Shown: in pieces, positions 1 to 11,312 of the stretch | Position numbering within the stretch: the first letter of the stretch is position 1 | Layout of the letters: the number at the start of each line of letters is the position of its first letter | Assembly (NCBI GenBank): GCA_025594325.1 | Contig: JANHCV010000009.1 | Span: 1,178,001 to 1,242,000, forward strand | Length of the DNA stretch: 64,000 nucleotides | Source: Blastocladiella emersonii ATCC 22665 | Taxonomy: Eukaryota; Fungi; Blastocladiomycota | Reading direction: 5' to 3' | Notes under the pieces: model-generated | What the model was told of the DNA's origin: nothing | Databases searched by the model: none | What the model saw: only the letters and a program-made list of their open reading frames with translations | Program-made: the position numbers and the translations under genes

Positions 1-1482
1 GCGATTGCTGACATCGATTTGGACAACCTGTTGTTCACCTTGGCCGACCCAATCCTTGCGTTGTCCGGTCTCAAAGGTTTGGCGGCTTCCGATAAAACCG
101 AGCCTCCCTGTGCTGACGGTGATTCGGGTAAGATCATCCCCGCGGGCATTCACCATGATCTTGTCCGCGATCTTGACGAGCACGGGCTCCCTTCGTTCCA
201 CCTGCTCCCCGCGCCGTGCGGCACGACCGCTGGCTTGACTTACTTCAACCCGTCGGTCTCAATCATGCCCGGCGTGCTACCCGGCGTACCGACCGTCCGC
301 ATCGATCTCGTGTTCACCACGTCAATCAACGCTTATTATGCTGGACCTGGCATGTGGGACTTTGACTCGGACAAGATTCCGAGCCACTACAGCATCGTGT
401 TCCCCGCTGACACGACGTGGACTGTGGCAAAGAGCGCTTTCGAGTCGACGGTGGTCAGCGCCGACATCTTGTCGCACAAGTTTCTTTACTGGCGGCTCCC
501 GCGCAACGCTGCGGGCACCGACGCGCGCGTCGCGATTGACGGCCTGCTCTCGGACCCCAAGCTTACGCTCGCCCAGCTCGTCGCCGCGAGCAACTCGGAC
601 GGCGGTGGCGAGAAGCGGCTCGTTACGGCCAGGGGAAAGGGGAAGAAGAAAAGGCTTGCACTGCCACCCGCAGCAACGAACAGGAAGGTTGCTGCGCCGC
701 CTGGCGATGCTGACCCTACCGTGCCGGTTGTGCTTCGAATCGTCGCCGTCCCGCTTATTGACGCCCCTGGCGCGCCCGTGCCACGGGATATCCTCAAGCA
801 GTACACAGTGGACTGGATGCTTATCTTCATCAAGGTTTACATTGCGCCGATCGGCACGCGCTTCCTTTGCCCGTGCTGGATCCCGCCAACGATTGCCGTC
901 ATGCAGACGACGGACTGCTTCCTGCCCGCCGGCTCGATTCTCGAACACACGCTCGGCAAACCCCTCGGATTCTACGAGGAGCGGCCCGGCAACGTGCCGC
1001 CGCGCCGGCTCAGCCCGCGACTCTCTTGGCGCACGAACAACGTCCCCTTTGGCGCCGTGATCGTCGTCGAGTTTGCGCCCATGCCCGGGAGCTGCGCCAA
1101 CCTTCGCGACCCCGCGCGGCAGCCTTGTGCCGACGACTACTGGTCCGACGGGACGTCGTCCGTCGCCTTCCAGGTCTCCAGCCTGTTCTCGGCAATGTCC
1201 GAGCTCTCATTGCAGTGCGCCGACCCGGCGCGCGTCCAGCACGTCGTTGATACGGCCATGAGCGCGTACTTGGTCGGGCATGCGCTCCTGCCTCGGATCG
1301 AGCACGATCTGCGCCACGAGTACCGCATGGTCGCGCGCGGACGCGTCGCGCCACCGACGTTCCACGAGTGGATCGGCGAGTCGGCGGGCGGTAAGTGGCG
1401 CGAGTTTGCGTGGTTGGCGGACCCGGATGCGCCGTTTTTCGCGCCCAACGAGGGTACGGCCGCGGGTCGTGTGAAGCAGTGA
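1..1482 (+). CDS. Family A paralog 1, 3' part (5' end outside window); C-terminal USP7/Ubp15 UBL-like region
   Basis: ORF 19-1482 has the family blocks HDLVRDLDEHGLPSFHLLPAPCG, WDFDS, YWRLP, LIFIKVY, FYEERPG, PFGAVIVVEF and WREFAWLADPDAP shared with the other copies. Confidence 0.8.
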   Translation, partial: AIADIDLDNLLFTLADPILALSGLKGLAASDKTEPPCADGDSGKIIPAGIHHDLVRDLDEHGLPSFHLLPAPCGTTAGLTYFNPSVSIMPGVLPGVPTVRIDLVFTTSINAYYAGPGMWDFDSDKIPSHYSIVFPADTTWTVAKSAFESTVVSADILSHKFLYWRLPRNAAGTDARVAIDGLLSDPKLTLAQLVAASNSDGGGEKRLVTARGKGKKKRLALPPAATNRKVAAPPGDADPTVPVVLRIVAVPLIDAPGAPVPRDILKQYTVDWMLIFIKVYIAPIGTRFLCPCWIPPTIAVMQTTDCFLPAGSILEHTLGKPLGFYEERPGNVPPRRLSPRLSWRTNNVPFGAVIVVEFAPMPGSCANLRDPARQPCADDYWSDGTSSVAFQVSSLFSAMSELSLQCADPARVQHVVDTAMSAYLVGHALLPRIEHDLRHEYRMVARGRVAPPTFHEWIGESAGGKWREFAWLADPDAPFFAPNEGTAAGRVKQ

Positions 1483-1814
1483 TATAACTCACATGTATGA
1501 AGATGTTTTGTCCTTGTAATCGGCTCAGATGCACTCAAGCTGATGCGCGACAGCAGACTGCATCGCGTCGCCGCCGTTCTGCACTTCCAAGTTCGCCGCG
1601 TAGACGTGATCATGTAATGCTTTGACTAGAGTTGATACGTTTAATTCGACTCGTGCACCTACTCAGAACAACGAACTCTGCCGCGGACGAAAAGAAGACG
1701 CGGCGGCTACGCGCACGTGTCTCCCATGATCAACCGAGTTTCATGTTCAGGCTCTTCGTTCACCGAGATGCGATCAAACTTCTCACGACGACCTCACCTC
1801 CGCATGTAAAACGA

Positions 1815-4800
1815 ATGGAAACGCACTGGAACTCGGCGCAATATGCGCCTATGTATCACGGCCACCCGCCTGGCCCGTTGCCGGGGTGGCCCGGTTTTCT
1901 CGGTCCCGCGCCTCCGCCGCCTCAGCCTTACCCGCATGCTTACTCTCAGCCGGCGCCCGCTCAAGAGACCTCGACTGCTTCGCCTGCTTCTACCTCTGCT
2001 TTAGACCTCGACCTGCTTCTTTTCGCGCAGCAGCGCCTTGTCGTCCCGACCCTGACCGCGCTAGGCGACCCGGATCCCGCGTCGTGGCTGCGCGTCATGG
2101 AGGCGGACCTCGATTCTATCGGCCTTCCTCGTCGCGTGTGGCATGTCGCGGCGCTTTGTTACGCTGACGCCGAGCTCGCGCGAACCCTTCGTCTTCGCGC
2201 GCAGGAACGCTTTGATGCGGTAGACGTGGCGAGCGGCGACTTGTGGCATTCCGGCGTTCGACCTGCTGTTCTCGAGCTTCGCCGGTACGCACCTTCGGGC
2301 CTTCAGCTGAATGCGGAACCGGCGGTCGGCACGGCCGTCTTTGACCAGTACGCTTCGAACGGGTACTCGATGTGGCCGCAGCAGCAACCTCCAGCGGCGT
2401 TCGAGACTCAAGGCTTCGCCGACGTTGCGGATACGATCCACCAAACGACCGCTTTCGCGGTGGGCGGCGCTCCCTTCTTCGATGCAGCTGAACACGAACT
2501 TCCTATTGACGCTTCCTCCGCACCCGGCAAGCCCTTGCAGGACAACACGCTTCCCATGCCTTCCCCGATCTTGGGGCTCGAGGTCGAGCCCTCGCCCTCG
2601 CCAGTTTTGGGGGTCGAGCCGAATGTTGACCAGCCGGCTACCGTCATCGTCGCCGACGGCATCGATGCGGACGACGAGCCTGACTCGTCGCACCTTTCTC
2701 CTCCAGACCTTGCACCGCGCGCCGATCCCGCGCTCGACTCGGACCTCGACACGCTCTCCTCTACTTCGACGCTGTCGTCCATTGAACCTCAACCGACTGC
2801 TGCTTCCGCGTCGACCGAGTTTGCCCATGTTCTTGCGACGGCGGACGCGTACGTGGCCTCGAACTCGCAGCGCCCGGCAGACCCGTCACCGCCATCGATT
2901 TCGCCAGGTGTTTCGGTAGCCTCGGATGACGAGGCTGGCGCTTCTTCGACGGAACTTTCCAGCTCGTGCCACAGCTCCGTGGTGGACGAGGACTTGGGCG
3001 ATGGCACTTCGAGCTCGGACTCTCGCGACGACGACTTGCTGGGCGATTCCGACGGTAGTTCCGACGCTTGCAAGGTTAGCGGTATGTCCGTTCAAACTAT
3101 GTGATTGCGAAACGCGGCTGATCATTCGTAATGAACTGTGTAGATGCTTGTTCCGCTGAGCTCGAAGGCGAGTCTGACGCTTCTTTAACTTCGGCTTCTG
3201 ACGCGGACGCGACCGCCGTCGAAACTTGCGCCGATGAGCTCGATCTCGAGCCTGCTTCGGGTTTGGCTTCCGCCGCCACCGACTCGGCAGCGCTTGATAG
3301 CGACACGGTCGAGCTCCGCGACGAGTGCTCGAGGCCCGCCGGTTCCGATGACGCGGGCGCCGCCGTTGTTGTACCCGCGGTTCTTGGCGAAGCGACGGTC
3401 GTTGCTTCCTCTGCTTCAGCAACAGCTCCAGTTCCGACGGAGCCTCGCACCGTGGTCGTGACTGTCGATTTCAGCGCAGGTGCCACCATTGGTGTTTCCA
3501 CCATCGTCGATGCTTTCCGCACGAACCTTGTCGATCCGCCGGGTGGACTCTTTCCCGCGAAGGAGGTCAACAAGTACACCGGCATCGCTAGGAGCATCTT
3601 CCAGTCGGCCAAGAAAGCCGCTGCTGCCTCTCAGCCTTACTCGACCACTCTCAAATCGCTTGGTAGCGCGAAGCGCCCGGTTACTTTTGTCATTCAGCCT
3701 CCAACGACCGGCGACGACGGTCACGATCGCGGCGGCGGTTCCGCGTCCGTGTCCTTGCCGGCCGCTTTGTCGCTGGCCGTACCTTCGCCCGCGCCGCCTG
3801 CTGTTGCAGCGGAAGAGTCTGCGCCATCCCCGTCGTCACCAGACCTTCACTACGATCTGGTCCGCGATCTTGACGAGCACGGGCTTCCGTCGTTCCACCT
3901 GCTTCCCGCGCCGTGCGGTACCGACGCAGGACCTGTTTGGTTCACCCATGCCATGACCGAAGTGCCGAACCACAACCCCACCGTCCCTTCCGTCCGCGTT
4001 GATGTGGTGTCGGATTCGGTTGCAGCAATGTTCTACTCGGGCCTTGGGATCTGGGACTTTGACTCGGAAAAGTTTCCCGCAGAGTTGAGCGTCACATTGC
4101 CTGCGGACATGACTTGGCGCACTGTGCAACTCTTGTTCAACTACTCAGCTCCCGCTCCGCACTTTTGGTGGCTTCCAACTGGTGTCCCGGGTATTGACGC
4201 GCGTGTCTCGGCGGATGGGCTCATTACCGACCAGGACGCGACGATTGCGCAACTGGTCGCCGCTGCTACTGCCGCCGGGAACAGTAGCGCGAAGAAGCAA
4301 TTGCCTGCGAAGAAGAAGGGAAAGAAGCGTCTCGCTGCTTCTGCTGCAAGCGCTTCTGAACCGAGCGAGACCATTGAGCACAACGTTGCTCCGCCTGTCG
4401 TCCTGCGAGTCGTTTCTGCTTCGCTGGTTCTTTGCCTCAAAGAGCGACTTTCAATCGTTCTTGGTTCTGGACCTACGCCTGAGTCGCAGTGGCACATTGC
4501 TCCCCACACGTCCAATCGACTGCTTCTTTTCATCAAATTTTACGTCGCACCCCTTGGCCTGCGCTTTGTCAGCACGTCCTGCGTCACGCCAACCTCGCCT
4601 GTCTCTCAACTTCTGGATGACTGGTTCCCCCCGAAATCGCTTGCAGGCTTCATCTTTGCGCAGCCCCTGTCTTACTTCGAGGAGCGGCCCGGGAAAGCGC
4701 CACCGCGCCGCCTCAGCGCGCGCATGTCGTGGCAGAAGCTTAACGTGCCGTATGGCGCCGTGATCGTCGTCGAGTTTGCCCCCGTGCGTGGCGAAGACGT

Positions 4801-5209
4801 GTTTCGGTTCGTCCTTTCCGATGATTCCGACTCGTCTCTCTTCCACAACCCGTCGGCGTCCATGCAGGTCGAGAGCCTGATTGTCGACATGAGCGATCTC
4901 GCTGATCTTCACCCGCAACCGGCGCGCGTGAAGTCCGTGTTGCGAACGATGACCGCCGTTTACTCGATCCACAACGCGCTCATGCCCGGCGGCGCGCACG
5001 ACTTGCGCCATATCTACCGCTTGGCTGCGCGCGGGCGCAAGGCGCCGGCCACGTACCCCCAGTGGCTCGAGGACTGGGCCAGCGGCACCTGGAGCCCAGA
5101 CTTCGTCTGGGGCTGCGAATTGGACGCGCCCAGCTTCACGCGCGCGGCCGTATCCGACGGTCAAACCGGGAACGAGACGGACGAGTCTCAACCTGTTTCC
5201 GAAAGTTGA
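1815..5209 (+). CDS. Family A paralog 2 (~1110 aa), one intron 3082-3143
   Basis: ATG at 1815 (METHWNSAQY). A 62-nt GTATGT...TGTAG intron with CTGAT branch-like motif joins ORF 1632-3104 in frame to ORF 3131-5209 (G+AT=Asp). Confidence 0.75.
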
Positions 5210-5512
5210 GCTTGATCTTTTGTATTTTGTTGAATGTATTGTTTAGTTTAATGTCATTGCGCGTTAGTTCACACATGAGTCTGCTGCGCTCAATGATGCG
5301 TCATGTGAAGCGCATTCACTGTTCATCCCGATCAAAAAAATTGAGTACCTTGCGATGTAGCGCGGGTCCGTGGAGATAACCTGACGCGAACTTAGCGGGC
5401 GCGGCGTCCACATGCACGGGAGGTCACGCTGAACGCCACAGTTATCCAACATGAGAGTGCACAGCGGCGCGCTCAAGCTCCCTGACCCACCTCGCCGCTG
5501 CATGCAAAACAA

Positions 5513-8268
5513 ATGGAAACCCACTGGGACTCGGTGCAATATGCGCACCAGTATCAGGGCTACCCGCCTGGCATGTCGCCCGGGTGGCCCGGCTTTCTTG
5601 GATCCGTGCCTCCGCAGCCGCAGCCATCCGCCCAAGCTTATGCCCAGGCGACTGCATTCGCTTCCGACGCTTCCCGAACTCCCGCTTCGGAACTCGACCT
5701 GCTTCTCTTTGCGCAGCAGCGGCTTGTTGTCCCGACTCTCACGGCGCTTGGTGATCCGGATCCTGCGACGTGGCTTCGCGTCCTCGAAACTGACCTCGCT
5801 GCAATCAACTTACCGCGTCGACTTTGGCACGTGGCTGCACTCAACTATGAAACCGCTGATTTTGCGCGGACGCTGCGACTGCGCGCGCAGGAGCGCTTCG
5901 ACGCGTTGGGTGCGGATGGTGATTTTTGGCTGCTTGGCGTGCAACCTGTCGTGCCCGAGCTGTGCCGTTACGCAGCTCCCGGCCCCTTGAACTCGTCAGC
6001 TTTCGGCCAAGCTGCTTCGAACGGGCACTCGGTGTGGCCCATGTACCAACGGTCGCCAATTTTCGATTTGGATTTCACAAACCCTCGCCGCAGGAAGCAG
6101 CTCGGCACTCCGCTGCTGCAACATCGGGGGCGCCCGGGTCTGCGGCGGACCTTCAGCCTGATTTCGGCAATGCTTCTGCAACTGCTGACACCGTTGGCCA
6201 TGAACTTGAGCAAATGGCTCCCCGTCCGTCCTCGTCGGTCGATTTTGTCAATTTTAATCCTGGCGTGGACTACGATCTGCTCTCACACGCTTCCTCGCTG
6301 TCGAGCTCGGGTCCTTCATTCGCGGCTTCTATCGGCCCAGCACCCTCAGAGTGCAACATCTCTCCGGCCGAAGGCGGTGAGCAGGCAACCTTGGGCTCTC
6401 AAAGCTCGCATCCGCAGTTGCCCTCGCTTTCGCCGATATTTTCCCCGATTTCCAGCGACGTTTGTACTTCCTCGCTGTCAAACTCACGTCGAAACTCTAT
6501 GGTCAGCGAATGCGGAGATGCGGTTCCAGCTGCCACGTCTTCCCTTGATGCGGCTAACCATTGCTCGAATGAAAGTGCTCCAGTCGGCACAGTTGACCTC
6601 AATACTGCGCGCACTGAGTTCGATCAATCGCGTCCGGCGAGCTGCGACTTGGATGTTGCCAAGGCTACTTTTGAACCTTTGTATGAACTGGCCTCTCAAG
6701 TCGACACGGGCAGCGGTGACGATTTGGAGTCAGCAGCAACGGACGACTCTAACATTCCAGCTACACTTGATCCTCACTCCGAGGGAATCGTGGATGGAGA
6801 CAGCAGTGCTCCATCTCCACAACCACCACTTGACGTCGCTGGTCCGCTGGAACCTTCGCCATTGACCACGGAACCGCATTACGATCTCACGCGCGATCTT
6901 GACGAACAAGGTTTTCCATCACTCCACCTGATTCCCGCCCCGTGCGGCACCACGTGCAATGCGCGGAAATGGACCCATTCAACCACGGTCATGCCTGATG
7001 TCTCGCCTGGAGTCCCAACTGTTCGCGTCGATCTTGCTTTAACCTTCACTATCGATTCTTTCTACTCTGGCCCTGGCATCTGGGATTTTGATTCGGACGA
7101 GTTTCCTGCAACCAACAGCTTTCTCTTCCCCGCTAACACAAAGTGGGGCTCGGTCAAGGCCTTTTTTGATTCAGGTTTGAGCAACAGCATTCCCGTAGAT
7201 GAGACTTTGCTCTACTGGCGGCTTCCCGGCAACGTTGTGGGTGTCGACGCGCGCCCACGGGTTGACGGGCTTCTGCTTGATCCGAACATCACGTTGATGC
7301 AGCTTGTCGCCGCTAGCCTTGGCAGCAATTCCCATCGCGGGAAGCAGTTGTCACAGGCCAATGCGACGGGAAGGAAGAAAAAGTCTGCAGGTGCGACGAC
7401 CTTTGCCACTTCAGCGACTACACCTTGCGCAGGACCCGTCAAGGACACTATCCCTGCGTCCATCACTACAACTGCGGTGCTCCGAGTTCTCACTATGCCA
7501 ATGCCTCAACTTGGGGACCCCCGGAACGCGATCACCGGTCTTGACGCAAAATCCCAACCTGACCCCGAAGTGTTTGTCAAGCAGCTCACAGTTGATCGGC
7601 TTTTGGTGTTTGTCAAGTTTTACATTACGACTGTTGGGGTCCGCTTTGTGTTTTCGCGCTGGGTCTCGCCAACAGCACCCGTGTCTGAGCTCGCGCGTGA
7701 ATGGCGTGTTCCCGACACATTAGCCAGCACCCTGTTCTCAACGCCGACCCGCTTTTACGAGGAGCGGCCTGGTAACGCTGCGCCACGCCGCTTGCACGGG
7801 CGCTTGTCATGGCGCACGCAAAGCGTGCCGTTTGGCGCAGTCGTTGTGGTCGAGTTCCTCGCGCTGCTTCCCAGTCCAACTGAGGCCAACCTTGTGCATG
7901 CACCATCCCACCTACTTCAAGTGAGAAGTCTCATTCCACACATGATGGACCTCGCGGCACAGTGTGCGAAACCAAGTGAGACCCGTGCCATGGTCTCCCA
8001 GGCGGGCTTCTCATTCTTAGCCTCGCTTGCGCTGCTGCCTGGAAGCACGCAAGACGTACGTCACCACTATCGTATGGTCGCGCGCGGCCGCGTCGCACCG
8101 ATCACGTACCTCCAGTGGGTCGACGACTGGGCGAGCGGCAAGTGGAACCGCGAGTTTGCGTGGCTGTTTGACCCAGACGCGCCCGAATTCATGGTCGAGG
8201 ACCGCGGCGTTGGGGAGGAACCTGAGCAGGAGTCGGCGGTCGTGGTTTTGCGGCGAGCACCACTATGA
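5513..8268 (+). CDS. Family A paralog 3; frame break near 6030-6100 (frameshift or unresolved intron)
   Basis: The N-terminal block is in ORF 5513-6865 and the linker plus C-terminal block are in ORF 5926-8268 (different frame). I found no clean canonical intron that fixes the frame. Confidence 0.65.
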
Positions 8269-8459
8269 AATATATTTGTAGCACCATCATTGTTCGTGAA
8301 ATTCTTGTTCAAAACTCCTCTGCGGGATCGGGAGGCGAATGATCCTTTGACTGATGGCCGTGCGATCACGAGGGGAGTGCGCCACAGCGCCAACCTTGTT
8401 CAGCAGCAGCACCTCGTCGCTCCCGCTCCCGCGTCCATCACATCGCTCATGTGAAACAA

Positions 8460-11108
8460 ATGGAAGCGCACCACAACTCGATGCAATTCACTCATCACCA
8501 GTACGGCTATCAGCCGGATGAGCCGCCGTGGCCGGGCGACTTTTCGAATTACGCGTGGCCAGCGGGCGGTCCCCCTCGCGCGGACACCGCCCAGCCCATC
8601 GCGCCAATGACCGAGCCTTCGTCTTCGAAACTTGACCTCTTGCTCTTTGCTCAGCAACGACTTGTCGTTCCTCCTCTCACTGCGACGGACGACTTGGATC
8701 CCGCGCTGTGGCTTCGTATCCTCAAGACCGGTCTCGATGCTCTCGCTCTGCCGCTGAACCAGTGGCATCTCGCGGTCTTGTGCCATGTCGAACCGAGTCT
8801 CGCGCACGCGTTGCGCGTTCGCGCACAGCCGCTCATCGATGCTGCCGGGTCCCTGGGAGACCTGTGGTCTAAAGGACTTCGTCCCGCCGTTTTGGAGCTC
8901 TGCCCAGCACCCGCACCCTTTCCGCCACCGTCTGCGTTCTCAACTTACTTGGACTTGATTCTTGGTTATTTGGCGCTACGCAGCTGCAGCAGCGACAGCA
9001 TCCAGTCGCAACCACGCTGCCCGATTTCATGACCGGTGCGTTTGGAACTTGGCCATTTGTGCCGCAAGACCTGCATTCTCAGCGGCAGCAGCCAGGCTCG
9101 CTCGACCTTCGCTCTCCCCAACAGGACCCGATGCATGATGTGCCGCTTTTCGACCCGTTCGCAGATTTAATTGTCGAGGGCGAAGCAGCGGCTGACCCTT
9201 CCAAGCTCGCTCAATTCACGCAGTCCGACAAATCGGTTACGTCGGATCGCCTTTCAGAACCAGACGGATCTTGCCGCTCGTCCCGTGTCGATACCAATGA
9301 TTATTCGACGTCGCCATCCGCCTCGGCGCTGCCTGAGCCAGCTCCAGCGACCTCGCCTCAGCTTTCTCCGACCACGACTTGCTCTAGTTCGAGCTTGGAC
9401 TTGCTCGTGGGCGATGGCGCTGCTTCCAATACTTGTCTCCTCGATTTGCCTGGCTCGACTTCGACTACTGATGCGGACATTCTTCGCGAAACGGACGATA
9501 TGGCAGCTCCAGACTCGGAACCGGACTCGACTGCGCAGGTCGAACCGCCTTTACCTTCAGCTGTTTCTGCGCTCGTGCTTGCTGGAGATACGCAAACTGT
9601 CGGTTTTCACGATGCTCCAGCAAGTTCACAATCACTTCCGCAACCTCAAGCAACTTCTTCACGCGATCCATTTCCGTCTTCGAGCCCGCCGCTGCAGCAT
9701 GCTCCAGTTCCCGAGACCTTGGAGGCGGAGACTGACGATTCTTCCGGCAAACGTGACAACGTGATTCCGCGATTGCAAGATGTACCGTTGCCGTGTGGAA
9801 CTAGCGCTCTGCGGCCACACCTTTCGCCCGATATCAGCCCTGTTATTCCAGCTGATGCTTCCGATACATCTCTCGTCCGTCTCGATTTTGTCTGGGCCGA
9901 ACTCCTTCCTTCTCATTACGCTGGCCCCGGTGTGTGGGATTTCCATTCGGACGACCGCCCTTGCCACTCGCAAATCTGGGTTCGCCGTGACCAAACCTGG
10001 GCGTACGTCTGGGATACACTTATAGTTATGCCGCTTGCCACGAAAATCTTGGCGCTCCGACCCAAGGGATCAATGCCTCACATTTGGCGCATGTCCGATG
10101 ACGGCGCGGGCATCGATTTGCGCCCAATGAGCGACGGACTGATGCTTGATATGGACGTCACGATTGCCCAACTACTCGATTCTGATCTCAAACTCGAGCG
10201 TTCCGCCAGGAAGAAGCAAAGGCGCAAACAGACGCCGCCGCTGCCTGACCCCGCCGAGCCTGCGCTGCCCGTTCTTCGCTTTCTTGCGTTCTCAAACTGT
10301 CAGAAAATGAACGGAACCCGACCAATGCTGCCTAATGGTGAAGCTCCAAGCATTCCGGGCGTGGCTCAACTCTTCACTATCCAGCACATCCTGCTCTTCA
10401 TCAAGGTGTACGCGGGCCCTACTGGCCTGCACTTTATTCGCGGTGGTTGGGTCGCGCCGACTTCGACGGTCGGCGATATTGTCGCCGAGTCACTTCGCTT
10501 AGCGGAGTTCCCGCTCGCTGCCAAACTCTTCTCTCAGCCCTCTGCTATCTACGAGGAGCGAACCGGGAGCGCGCCGCCACGCAAGCTCGATCCGCGTTCA
10601 ACGTGGCGTGCACTGGGTGTGCCGTTTGGCACCATCATTGTGCTCGAATACGCCGAGTATGGCACCTCGTTGGAAAGCTTGAGCAAAATTGTACGCGAGG
10701 TGTGAGGTGTCGGAACTCGAAAAATCGCAGACGATCGATGCCAGGGCCAATCTGATGCTAAGCCTGCAGCTCAATTTCGTGTACCCGTTCATGTTCGAGA
10801 TTTCTGCCCAGCTGAACCACTCGTCAATTACGCGACTTGCGGTCACTGCTGTCGGTTATCGGTTATGTATCGCTTTCGCAGTCGCCCAAAATCCGGTGGC
10901 GCTGCGGCGGGACCTCGACTTGCGTTGCGAGTACGACATGTTCCTGTGCGGTTGACTCGCGCCGCCCACTTACGTCGCGTGGTCCAAGCGGTGCGCAGCG
11001 GGGACGTGGAACGACGAGTTCTTTTGGCTGTTTGATCCGGAGTCGCCCAAGTACGCGAAGCAGGGGCTGGACGAGGTCGGTCCTCGCGCCGTCGATGACG
11101 AAGAGTGA
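8460..11108 (+). pseudogene. Family A paralog 4, disrupted
   Basis: Homology runs across three frames (8451-9032, 9029-10705, 10689-11108). An in-frame TGA at 10953-10955 falls where paralogs read RGR(V/L)AP, consistent with CGA>TGA. Confidence 0.7.
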
Positions 11109-11312
11109 TGAAGTGCATTGATACAGTTTGTGTTTCTTGTTTGTCCCGATCGGGTCTCCTTAGTGTGCGGAACGAGCGGGAGATGAGCCTTGCGATGCCC
11201 ATGGCCGTGTCGCCGTTTCGCTGGAGTCGCGGTGGCCACGTCCGCGTGATCGTGAGCTCGTGCCACGTCACCTCGCGCTCCCGGCCTACCGCCAACTCCC
11301 CATGTAAAGCGG

